Notes under the pieces: model-generated
Databases searched by the model: none
Told to the model about the DNA's origin: nothing
What the model saw: the letters and a program-made list of their open reading frames with translations, nothing else
Position numbers and translations under genes: made by a program
Shown here: piece by piece, positions 18,401 through 30,176 of the stretch
Layout of the letters: each line of letters begins with the position of its first letter
Position numbering within the stretch: the stretch's first letter is position 1
Assembly: GCA_977020255.1 (NCBI GenBank)
Contig: CDROCS010002105.1
Span: 1 to 64,000 of the forward strand
Reading direction: 5' to 3'
Length of the DNA stretch: 64,000 nucleotides
Source: Obrimoposthia wandeli
Taxonomy: Eukaryota

Positions 18401-21400
18401 CTTTCACCTTCGATGTCGATGACAATGATGGTGCGGTAACGCAAGCCTCGGGCACCCTTGATATTGCAGCCGTCAATGATGCGGCGGTTGTAACTGACAC
18501 TGATATTGGTGGCACCGAAGATACCGCCATCACCTTTACCCAAGAGATGCTGCTACAAAATGCGACGGATATCGACAGTGATGATCTGACCGCGCTTAAC
18601 TTGAGTATTGATGCCGAATACGGCGCCGTTGTTGATAATGAAGATGGCACTTTTACCTTTACACCTACCGGCGATTATAACGGCGATGTGCCTTTCACCT
18701 TCGATGTCGATGACAATGATGGTGCAGTAACGCAAGCCTCGGGCACCCTCGATATTGCGGCAGTGAATGATGCGGCGGTTGTAACTGACACTGATATTGA
18801 TGGCTCCGAAGATGCCGCCATCACCTTTACCCAAGAGATGTTGCTACAAAATGCGACGGATATCGACAGTGATAATCTGACCGCGCTTAACTTGAGTATT
18901 GATGCCGAATACGGCGCTGTTGTTGATAATGAAGATGGCACCTTTAGTTTCACACCTACCGGCGATTATAACGGTGATGTGCCTTTCACCTTCGATGTCG
19001 ATGACAATGATGGTGCGGTAACGCAAGCCTCGGGCACCCTTGATATTGCGGCGGTGAATGATGCCCCCGTGCTTGCCGAAACCTCGTACGAGGTGAATGA
19101 AGATGGCAGCATCGTGATCACTGAAGCCTCGCTAGTTGATAATGCTACAGACGTTGATAACGATGTGTTATCAGTGGCAAGCATTACCTCCGATGGACAT
19201 GGCACGGTCACTCAAAATGAGGGCGGCGATTGGGTGTATACCCCCAATGCTGATTACAGTGGTGACGCCAAGTTAACCATTACCTTGAATGACGGCACGG
19301 TGGATGCCGAATTTACAGCCCCCGTTACGATTACGCCCGATGCCGATGTGCCGTCGTTAACCGTGTCACTGACTGACATGAGCTTAATTGATTACGGTGT
19401 GGGTCAAGACAGCGCCCTCACAGGCTGGCAGACCGATAATCACAATAACCATATCGAAATTCATCAAGATCATGTCTACGGGGTCGGTGATAACCGCGGT
19501 GGGGTGATTGAACTTGAAGCCAATCGGGGTGATGAGTCTAACTTATACACCAACCTTGATGTGCAAGCCGGCGATGTGGTGACTTTATCGTTTGATATGT
19601 CTGCTCGATTGCATCATGAAGGGGCAGACTCGCAAGTTGATATTTACTTTGAAGGGGTGTTGATTGATTCATTGGCCCCAGAAGACGCGGGATGGGAAAG
19701 CCATACCTATCAGTTGACGGCGACAACGGATAATCCACGATTAGAATTTGATTCCCCCGATGATAACAGCCTAGGTGGGCTGCTCGATGCCATCACTGTC
19801 GTCAACGATATTATTGAAGATCAGGCTGTGCCTATCGTGATTGATAGCGCGGTACTGGATGCTGATGACTCTGAATCCCTACAATCGGTCGTTATCGATA
19901 ACTTACCTGATGGCGCCACGCTAACGGATGGGGTAAACACCTTTACCGCCAACGGTGACGATAACAGTGCCGATGTACTGGGTTGGGATCTTAGTAGTTT
20001 AAGCTTCCAAGGTGCCGAGAATTTCAATGGTCCAGTGTCATTAGCCATTACCTCTACCACGGTCGAAAACAGCACCAGTAATGATGAAACACCCGAAACG
20101 GCTTCAACGACCAGCAAGTTGGAGTTTGAAGTACAAGCAGTGAACGATGCGGTTGTGATTGATGCCGACAGCGTACCGCAGTTTAACACCGATGAAGATG
20201 CCGAAATCATCATCACAGAGGCGGCTTTATTAGCCAATGCCAGCGATGTCGACGGTGATGATTTAATCATTACCAACTTGAATATCGACAATGCCAGCTT
20301 TACAACCGTGATTGACAGTGAAACGGGGGATAAGTCATTTGTTGTCACCCCGAATCAAGACGTGAACGGTGATTTGAACATCACGTTTAATGTGTCCGAT
20401 CAAAACGGCAGTCTTGTTGCTTCTGATGGCACATTGACGGTTGCGGCAGTGAATGATGCAGCAGTAGTCACCCCAACAGATATTGGTGGCACCGAAGATA
20501 CCGCCATCACCTTTACCCAAGAGATGTTGCTACAAAATGCGACGGATATCGACAGTGATAATCTGACCGCACTTAACCTGAGTATTGATGAGCAATACGG
20601 CGCTGTTGTTGATAATGAAGATGGCACCTTTAGTTTCACACCCTAAGCGGTGCAACGGTGATGTGCCTTTCACCTTCGATGTCGATGATAATGATGGAGC
20701 GGTAACGCAAGCCTCGGGCACCCTTGATATTGCGGCAGTAAACGATGCAGCAGTCATCACGCCCACTGATATCGACGGGACTGAAGATACCGCCATCACC
20801 TTTACCCAAGAGATGTTGCTACAAAATGCGACGGATATCGACAGTGATAATCTGACCGCACTTAACCTGAGTATTGATGAGCAATACGGCGCTGTTGTTG
20901 ATAATGAAGATGGCACCTTTAGTTTCACACCTACCGGCGATTATAACGGTGATGTGCCTTTCACCTTCGATGTCGATGATAATGATGGAGCGGTAACGCA
21001 AGCCTCGGGCACCCTTGATATTGCGGCAGTAAACGATGCAGCAGTCATCACGCCCACTGATATCGACGGGACTGAAGATACCGCCATCACCTTTACCCAA
21101 GAGATGCTGCTACAAAATGCGACGGATATCGACAGTGATAATCTGACCGCGCTTAACTTGAGTATTGATGCTGAATACGGTGCTGTTGTTGATAATGAAG
21201 ATGGCACCTTTACTTTTACACCTACCGGCGATTATAACGGCGATGTACCTTTCACCTTCGATGTCGATGATAATGATGGTGCGGTAACGCAAGCCTCGGG
21301 CACCCTTGATATTGCAGCCGTCAATGATGCGGCGGTTGTAACTGACACTGATATTGATGGCACTGAAGATACCGCCATCACGCTTTACAGAAGATGCTGC

Positions 21401-24400
21401 TACAAAATGCGACGGATATCGACGGTGATGATCTGACCGTACAGCAACTGAAGTATTGATGCCGAATACGGCGCCGTTACTGATAATGAAGATGGCACTT
21501 TTACCTTCACCTCATAAGCGATTATAACGGCGATGTACGCTCACCTTCGATGTCGATGACAATGATGGTGCAGTAACGCAAGCCTCGGGCACCCTCGATA
21601 TTGCGGCAGTGAATGATGCGGCGGTTGTAACTGACACTGATATTGATGGCTCCGAAGATGCCGCCATCACCTTTACCCAAGAGATGTTGCTACAAAATGC
21701 GACGGATATCGACAGTGATAATCTGACCGCGCTTAGCAGGTATTGATGCCGAATACGGCGCCGTTGTTGATAATGAAGATGGCACCTTTAGTTTCACACC
21801 CTCTGCGGCGATTATAACGGCGATGTGCCTTTCACCTTCGATGTCGATGACAATGATGGTGCGGTAACGCAAGCCTCGGGCACCCTTGATATTGCGGCGG
21901 TGAATGATGCCCCCGTGCTTGCCGAAACCTCGTACGAGGTGAATGAAGATGGCAGCATCGTGATCACTGAAGCCTCGCTAGTTGATAATGCTACAGACGT
22001 TGATAACGATGTGTTATCAGTGGCAAGCATTACCTCCGATGGACATGGCACGGTCACTCAAAATGAGGACGGCGATTGGGTGTATACCCCCAATGCTGAT
22101 TACAGTGGTGACGCCAAGTTAACCATTACCTTGAATGACGGCACGGTGGATGCCGAATTTACAGCCCCCGTTACGATTACGCCCGATGCCGATGTGCCGT
22201 CGTTAACCGTGTCACTGACTGACATGAGCTTAATTGATTACGGTGTGGAGTCCGAACAGCGCCCTCACAGGCTGGCAGACCGATAATCACAATAACCATA
22301 TCGAAATTCATCAAGATCATGTCTACGGGGTCGGTGATAACCGCGGTGGGGTGATTGAACTTGAAGCCAATCGGGGTGATGAGTCTAACTTATACACCAA
22401 CCTTGATGTGCCAAAGTAAACGATGTGAGTGACTTTATCGTTTGATATGTCTGCTCGATTGCATCATGAAGGGGCAGACTCGCAAGTTGATATTTACTTT
22501 GAAGGGGTGTTGATTGATTCATTGGCCCCAGAAGACGCGGGATGGGAGAAAGCCATACCTATCGGTTTGACGGCGACAACGGATAATCCACGATTAAAAT
22601 TTGATTCCCCCGATGATAACAGCCTAGATGGCTGCTCGATGCCATCACTGTCGTCAACGATATTATTGAAGATCAGGCTGTGCCTATCGTGATTGATAGC
22701 GCGGTACTGGATGCTGATGACTCTGAATCCTACAATCGGTCGTTATCGATAACTTACCTGATGGCGCCACGCTAACGGATAGGGTAAACACCTTTACCGC
22801 CAACGGTGACGATAACAGTGCCGATGTACTGGGTTGGGATCTTAGTAGTTTAAGCTTCAAGGTGCCGAGAATTTCAATGGTCCAGTGTCATTAGCCATTA
22901 CCTCTACCACGGTCGAAAACAGCACCAGTAATGATGAAACACCCGAAACGGCTTCAACGACCAGCAAGTTGGAGTTTGAAGTACAAGCAGTAGACGATGC
23001 GGTTGTGATTGATGCCAAACAGCGTACCGCAGTTTAACACCGATGAAGATGCCGAAAATCATCATCACAGAGGCGGCTTTATTAGCCAATGCCAGCGATG
23101 TCGACGGTGATGATTTAATCATTACCAACTTGAATATCGACAATGCCAGCTTTACAACCGTGATTGACAGTGAAACGGGGGATAAGTCATTTGTTGTCAC
23201 CCCGAATCAAGACGTGAACGGTGATTTGAACATCACGTTTAATGTGTCCGATCAAAACGGCAGTCTTGTTGCTTCTGATGGCACATTGACGGTTGCGGCA
23301 GTGAATGATGCAGCAGTAGTCACCCCAACAGATATTGGTGGCACCGAAGATACCGCCATCACCTTTACCCAAGAGATGTTGCTACAAAATGCGACGGATA
23401 TCGACAGTGATAATCTGACCGCACTTAACCTGAGTATTGATGAGCAATACGGCGCTGTTGTTGATAATGAAGATGGCACCTTTAGTTTCACACCTACCGG
23501 CGATTATAACGGTGATGTGCCTTTCACCTTCGATGTCGATGATAATGATGGAGCGGTAACGCAAACTCGAGCACCCTTGATATTGCGGCGGTAAAACGTG
23601 CAGCAGTCATCGCCCATTGATATCGACGGCACTGAAGATACAGCCATTACCTTTACCCAAGAGATGCTGCTGCAAAATGCGACCGACATCGATAGCGATG
23701 ATCTGACCGCGCTTAACCTGAGTATTGATGCTGAATACGGCGCAGTTGTTGATAATGAAGATGGCACCTTTACCTTCACCCCAACCGGCGATTATAACGG
23801 CGATGTACCTTTCACCTTCGATGTTGATGACAACGATGGCGCGGTAACGCAAGCCTCGGGCACCCTCGATATTGCGGCAGTGAATGATGCGGCGGTTGTA
23901 ACTGACACTGATATTGATGGCTCCGAAGATGCCGCCATCACCTTTACCCAAGAGATGTTGCTACAAAATGCGACGGATATCGACAGTGATAATCTGACCG
24001 CGCTTAACTTGAGTATTGATGCTGAATACGGCGCAGTTGTTGATAATGAAGATGGCACCTTTACCTTCACCCCAACCGGCGATTATAACGGCGATGTACC
24101 TTTCACCTTCGATGTTGATGACAACGATGGCGCGGTAACGCAAGCCTCTGGCACCCTCGATATTGCGGCGGTGAATGATGCCGCAGTGGTGGATGATCAA
24201 GCTTTTACTATTAATGAAGACGGTACTATTACGTTCACCGATGATCAGCTGTTAACAGGCGCTTCGGATGTCGAACAGGATGATGTAACCGTCGATTCTG
24301 TGACGTACGGTGGAGCGGATGGTGTGTTCACCGATCATGGTAACGGCACATATACCTTTGCACCGAATGAAAATTTTAACGGGGACGTTGATCTAAGTTT

Positions 24401-27400
24401 TACTGTTAGTGATGGCACAGCCTTAACCCCTGCAAATATCGACATTCATGTTGAAGCTGTTAATGATATTCCTGTTGCTGGTTCTACTTCTTACTCTGTT
24501 AACGAAGACGGTATTCTCACTTTTACTGATGCCCAATTGCTTGCTAATTCCAGTGATGTAGAAGGCGGGGTCAGTATTGATGCAGTTACGTATTCAGGAA
24601 CAGACGGCATACTGACCAATAATGGTAATGGTACATACTCTTTTGCCCCTAACCCTAATTTTGAAGGGCATGTTGCATTTGATGTGACAGTAAAAGATGA
24701 AGAGGGCGCAACAGCAACGACTAGCGCAGAGGTTGATGTACTTGCTGTAAACGATACGCCAGTTGTAACGGGAAATGTGGCGTATAACGTAAACGAAGAT
24801 GGCACGATTACGCTGACGCAAGCACAGTTACTGATGCATGCATCAGACGTGGATGGCGACGATTTAACAGCAGTCAATCTACACTTAGAAGCCTTCGGTT
24901 CAGTTGAAAAGCATGACGATGGTTCGTTTACCATCACGCCTGCAGAGAACTTCAATGGTGATTTGCAGTTAACCTTCGATGTAACTGATGGACAAGAAAC
25001 CGTCTCTACAGGGCTCGATTTAACCGTTAACCCGGTGAATGATCCGGTGGTAGCACAAGATGATAGTCGTCTTGATGGAATGGATCCGCTTATTCGTTTA
25101 GATGCCGCACCAGAACATGGTTCGGTGCAGTATCTGAATGAAGACGGTGAATGGGCAGATATGGTTATTGGCTTAACATATCCAGCCGATACTCAAGTAC
25201 AGTTTACCCCTAATACCGAAGAAATTCAGGCTGACACGCGAGATATTCGTGTGGGTAGTTTTGACAATGATACGTCAACGCGCATTTTTGATGGTACAGC
25301 TACAGTAGAAGATTGGGGTACCGTTGATGGTGATACTGCGGTCTATGTTGAAGACGGCGTCACTATTACGACTCAAGTGAATACAGGAGAGTTGGCAACT
25401 TGGAATGGTGCAGGAACTGCAACCGGAGCTGGTATAGGTAATGACTCTCGCCAAGGGTTAGACACCAATGAAATGCTAACAGTGACGGTTGAGGGGGAAG
25501 ATGTTAATCAGATCACCTTTCAGCTTGACGGTTTGGGTGGATATTTTGATAACACCAGTAGTCATGCGACAGAAGTGAACATCAAGGCTTACGATGCCGA
25601 TGGTAATTTAATTGATACCCAAGGTGGATACCGAGATTCTGGCGAATATCAAGATACTTACGCGTTTACGACAGATGTTCCCGTTCATCACTTTACCCTT
25701 GGTACAACAGGCAGTGATGGTACCTATGTAGTCCAAAACATGACGGTGTCACGCACCATGTCTGAAGAAATTCAGATGACGACGATTCAGTCTGACGGTA
25801 GCGAAATCAGTCATGCTTTAAACCTCGACCTTAATCACAGCACTGCAGATCAAACTCTTGATGTCACCGAACAGTTAATTGACATCAACGAAGGGATTAC
25901 ATCTCGTGCCATTGAAGTGGAAGAAGACGGTCAGCTTGTTATTCAAGCAGCAGACTTACTGCTTAACGACAATGATGTCGATGGCGATATTTTATCTATT
26001 TCAGCGGTTAGCGCGACAGATGATACTCATGGTGAGGTATCACTAGACGAAGATGGCAATGTAGTATTTACGCCTGAAGCCGATTATAACGGCCCTGCTT
26101 CTTTTACTTATACCGTAACTGACGGTAATGGTTCTTACGATACGGCAACCGTGTCGGTAAACGTTACCCCAGTAGATGATCTTCCTGTTGCTCCAAGCTT
26201 GAGTCTTAATGTTGATGAAGATCAGGTATTGGTCATTGACCCTGCTTATATTTTAAGTCAAGCCAGTGATGTGGATGGCAATCAACTCTCGCTAGAAAGC
26301 CTTTCGCTAAAACAGCCTCAAAACGGCAGTTTACAGTTACAACAAGATGGTATGTACCACCTCATTACACCACCTGACTTTAATGGGTTAATCGAGCTAG
26401 ATTACCAAGTGTCTGATGGTAACAATGTGGTTGATGGCGGTATGAAAGTCGACGTGTTGCCGGTTAATGATGCCCCGTTTAATGGTGGCAATGCGCATTT
26501 AACCACTTACGAAGACGGTGCTTTCACTTTTAATGCTAATGATATGTTGGATTTGTTTGGTGATATTGATGGCGATGACTTAGTTATTTCTCGCATCATT
26601 AATGCTGACGGTGACGAAAGCGGAACCCTTGAAGATAATGAAGATGGAACATGGACATTTACCCCAACAGATGATTATGCAGGAACCGCTGAACTGCAAA
26701 TAGAAGTGAGTGACCCTGATGGATTAACCACCTTGCTGACCATGCCTGTTTTTGTCCGCCCTGTTGCCGATGGTGCGGTGATAACAACAGATCATGATGG
26801 ACCTCTTGTTTTTGACGAAGATACCACGGGTTTACTGGGTTTGAATGTCGATATGATCGACTCGTCGGAAGTATTAAGTCATTTAGTGATTACTGGCTTC
26901 CCTGTCGGGTTTGAAGTCTCTGATGGTGTACATTCTGTAATGATCACAGAGCTGGGGCAAATTGTTGATGTTACCGAGTGGAGTTTCAATGATCTTTCGA
27001 TTACTCCACCACAAGATTTCTCTGGTAACTTTTTCATTACCGTTTCAGCAACGACGGCAGATTATGGTGAAACAGCGTCAAGCCAAGTGACACAACCGAT
27101 AGAGAACTATACAGATTTCGATGTGGTTGAAAGCGGTACGCTAACCCTGACCATTGCCGATCTTTTAGCAATGGCTGGCGACATTGAAACATCACCCTCA
27201 GATGAAATACACGGTGTACACCTTATTGATCGCAGCCAAGGAGAGCTGGTTGATAACGGGGATGGCACATGGCTATTTACCCCAGCTGATGGGATGAACG
27301 GTAACGTTGATTTTGCTTATCAGGTAAATCATGACGGTGAAAAGAGTGATGTGCAAAGCTCTATTGCTGTTAATGATGCTGAACCAACGAATACAGCTTC

Positions 27401-28622
27401 GATAAATACAGCTCCGATAAATACAGCCCCAGTCGTTGATGCTGTTGTAACAAAAGAAATAGAATCCGGAAACAGCCTCACTTTTAATGACGACGATATG
27501 CTGGCCCAGCTGTCAGACGCACAAGGCGATACACTTAGCATCGAATCAGTTCAATTAATTACAGGACAAGGTGTGTTAGAAACCAACAGTGAAGGAACGT
27601 ACACGTTTACTCCCGCTGAAGGTTATACAGGTGAAGCGCATATAGCCTTCGTTGCGACTGATGGTGAAGAGAGTGTTCGCAGCCATTTCACTGTTGCTAT
27701 CAATGAAGCAGAAGACGATTCCTCCCAACAAAGCAACGGTTTCACACTGAATGAATTCGGCGCTTTAAATCTGGTTGAAAATGATATTTTGGCTGAGTTG
27801 AATCTCGATCTATCATTGGATGTTACGTCGGTGGATTACAATGGTGATGACGGTACTTTGGTCGAGAACGGTGACGATAATTGGGTATTCTGGACTGATG
27901 ATGACTTCAGTGGTCCGTTGGATCTTGATGTCAGCACGACAGACGGTGAAAGTGTGGCGATGCATTCGTTACAACTTGATGTAGCTGAATATGAAGATCC
28001 TGAAGCTCCTTCACCAGCCGCACGTCAAGCTGATGAATCTTCTACACAAGAGAATCATGATACACAGACTGTTACGTTAGATGTACAAGCAGCGCAAGAT
28101 AACGATTCAACCAACGACAGTGAGGCTGATATAACAGCGGCACCGGGTAGTACGGTACGGATTGATATTCCTGATGATGTGACAGCTAACTCCGATGTTG
28201 AACAAGTTGAAATCAGTAATTTGCCAGAGGGCGCGACTATTTCAAACGGCATTTTGAATGACGACGGTTCGTATACGATCAGTGGTAATTTATCGCGCCC
28301 GGTGAAAATAGAGCTTGCCGATAAAAATGAAGGAAAAGAAGACATTACTTTTGAAGGGCAGTCAGAAATGGGTACACCGATTGAAGGTGCTACTGGTACG
28401 GTAACGATTGAAGTGAATGATGACCATGCCATGCAGTCGGGGCATCGAGGCAATGATAATCCTCGTGGTATGCATGATGAAGACGACTCAAAGGGAGACT
28501 GGATGCAGGGCGATAACCGCGACCAAGGCGTTGATGCTATGGATGACAGTGCATCGTATGAAAACGATGAACATACAGCTCAACAAGATGATTCTAACGT
28601 CATGGACGACAATTACTCATAG
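15417..28622 (+). CDS. Giant (~4400 aa) acidic cadherin-like/tandem-95 repeat adhesin, the likely T1SS substrate; appears frameshifted in the repeat arrays
   Basis: GGAG SD and ATG at 15417. Consecutive ORF pieces (15381, 16851, 17896, 20585, 21825, 23043, 23598) encode the same VNDA..EDT..TF..LL.NA.D.D.D repeats. Divergent from the T1SS operon. Confidence 0.88.
16384..19053 (+). repeat. Array 1: nine ~291-bp (97-aa) coding repeats
   Basis: Unit starts at about 16384, 16675, 16986, 17289, 17589, 17889, 18181, 18472, 18763. Confidence 0.88.
19054..20448 (+). repeat. ~1.4-kb unique block, copy 1 (contains a galactose-binding-like/DUF642-like insert)
   Basis: Near-identical to 21900-23300, offset about 2846 bp. 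Confidence 0.88.
20449..21899 (+). repeat. Array 2: five ~291-bp repeats
   Basis: Unit starts at about 20449, 20738, 21029, 21320, 21609. Confidence 0.85.
21900..23300 (+). repeat. ~1.4-kb unique block, copy 2 (with scattered 1-2 bp indels)
   Basis: Same sequence as 19054-20448. Confidence 0.85.
23301..24170 (+). repeat. Array 3: three ~291-bp repeats
   Basis: Unit starts at about 23301, 23591, 23880. Confidence 0.85.
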
Positions 28623-28666
28623 CGACGTGTTACTTATAATATAGGTAATTAGACGAGGTGAATTAA

Positions 28667-28710
28667 AGAAACAGCTATACGCTTAGCAGTGTGTAGTTGT
28701 TTTTTCTTTT
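28667..28710 (+). terminator. Intrinsic terminator of the adhesin gene
   Basis: aacagctatacgct-tagc-agtgtgtagttgtt followed by a T run. Confidence 0.75.
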
Positions 28711-28795
28711 ATTATATGAATGTCTCAATACTTGACGGTACGATTATATATTGTTTATTTATAATGGCTTAAGATAGGGTGACATAAATAAAACA

Positions 28796-29425
28796 TTGGA
28801 TATGAATATGTTGGCTCGATTAGGAATGGTTATACAAGCACTATTAGCGACCTCAATATTCTATTTGGGTTACACCATTTATTCATTCACCAGTGCGGTG
28901 ACTACGGTTGTAGATAGTTATCCTCAATTAATGACCGATTTAAATGAAACTGCAGATAAACTGGAAATAGATCAGTGGCTACTGGTAGCAAAGACGTTTG
29001 AAGAAATCACACCACAGGCATTAACACTTGTCGACGAGCTGAAAAATACGATCAATGATGTTAATCAAACTGTTTCTTCGGTCGATCAAAAAATTCCGTT
29101 GGTATTAGAAGAAGTTAAAGTAATCAGGATTGAGACAATTCCAGCAGTGCTACAAGTGGTAAATACGTTAAATAACAAAACGATACCACAAACGTTAGTG
29201 GAATTAGAGGGCTACCGCAAAGACGTGATTCCAGCAGTGTTGAGTGAATCAGAACAATTGCGTAGAGACGTTCCGATTGTTGTTGCAAAAGTAGATGAAA
29301 TCGTTGAAAAAAGTGAGCAACTTACACAGCAAGCCACACAAGGTGCAGTGAAAGGGGTAATATTATCGCCTATAAACTTAATCCGTGAAGCGGGTACAGA
29401 ACTTAAATCGAAAGTGAATGAGTAG
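28796..29425 (+). CDS. Hypothetical N-anchored helical protein with 15-residue IP repeats
   Basis: N-terminal TM segment and amphipathic helices; true start may be ATG 28802 or 28808. Confidence 0.8.
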   Translation: MDMNMLARLGMVIQALLATSIFYLGYTIYSFTSAVTTVVDSYPQLMTDLNETADKLEIDQWLLVAKTFEEITPQALTLVDELKNTINDVNQTVSSVDQKIPLVLEEVKVIRIETIPAVLQVVNTLNNKTIPQTLVELEGYRKDVIPAVLSESEQLRRDVPIVVAKVDEIVEKSEQLTQQATQGAVKGVILSPINLIREAGTELKSKVNE

Positions 29426-29440
29426 GACGGGCTAGGTTAG

Positions 29441-29812
29441 ATGGCTTCTCTTATTCGATTCGTTTTCAAATATTGGATTATTGTTACGCTTTTTCTCCTA
29501 TTCATTATTACGTTTCTTTCGCTCAGCCCACAGCCGAGTTTACCTGATGTTCCGGGTACGGATAAAACGCATCATTTCATCGCTTATGCTGCACTTATGT
29601 TTGGGGTTGCGTTAAGGAAACCCAAACATTGGCTCTTTATTGCTTTGCTCTTTATCTGTTGGAGTGGGGGGATCGAGTTAATACAACCCTATGTTAACCG
29701 TTTCAGCGAGTGGCTTGATTTAGCTGCCAATGTCGGCGGTCTTATGTGTGGGATTATATTGGCGAATATTATTAATTGGGTGTTTCCGCTTACTTCTAGT
29801 GTGAATAAATAG
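29441..29812 (+). CDS. VanZ-family membrane protein
   Basis: DKTHHFIAYAAL, GGIELIQPYVNR..EWLDLAAN motifs. Confidence 0.88.
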   Translation: MASLIRFVFKYWIIVTLFLLFIITFLSLSPQPSLPDVPGTDKTHHFIAYAALMFGVALRKPKHWLFIALLFICWSGGIELIQPYVNRFSEWLDLAANVGGLMCGIILANIINWVFPLTSSVNK

Positions 29813-30176
29813 CTTTGAATAAAATTAACCACCTTTATTGTAAGGCTTATTTTCTGAACATTAAAGCAACTAAAGTATTAAGTGCTTTATATTTGCACTG
29901 TGAGTGTAATTGCAGTGCTGGATATTGAATATTAAAAGAATAATAACGTCCAAGTATTCACGGAATGTTTAATGGACGCTAATTTCATTTATAATAAAAA
30001 GTTCGAGTTATGACTAAACTTTTTATCAAAGCTGCCGTTACATTTATAGAAGTTAGTTATGTTTTAGTTATTATAAAATAAAAAATGCTTGTGTAATAAT
30101 AACTTATTAAAGACTAGTTAAAAATCCTAATGATTTATTTTACAGCCTTTATTGTGAAGTTGAGAGTACGTACTAA

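Noticed and set aside
16700-23600. Programmed frameshifting or phase variation in the adhesin
   Set aside because: Indels are numerous, irregular and not at a shared slippery site, which fits consensus error better
16384-24170. CRISPR-like or DGR-like repeat array
   Set aside because: Units are 291-bp in-frame coding repeats with no unique spacers, and there are no cas or reverse transcriptase genes
16212-24200. Many repeated minus-strand ORFs (MKVKVPSSLSTTAPY..., MGKGDGGIF...)
   Set aside because: Antisense shadows of the stop-poor adhesin repeats; no SD and no independent domain signal
27390-27432. 15-bp triplication encoding NTASI-NTAPI-NTAP
   Set aside because: Small in-frame slippage in a linker; little functional implication
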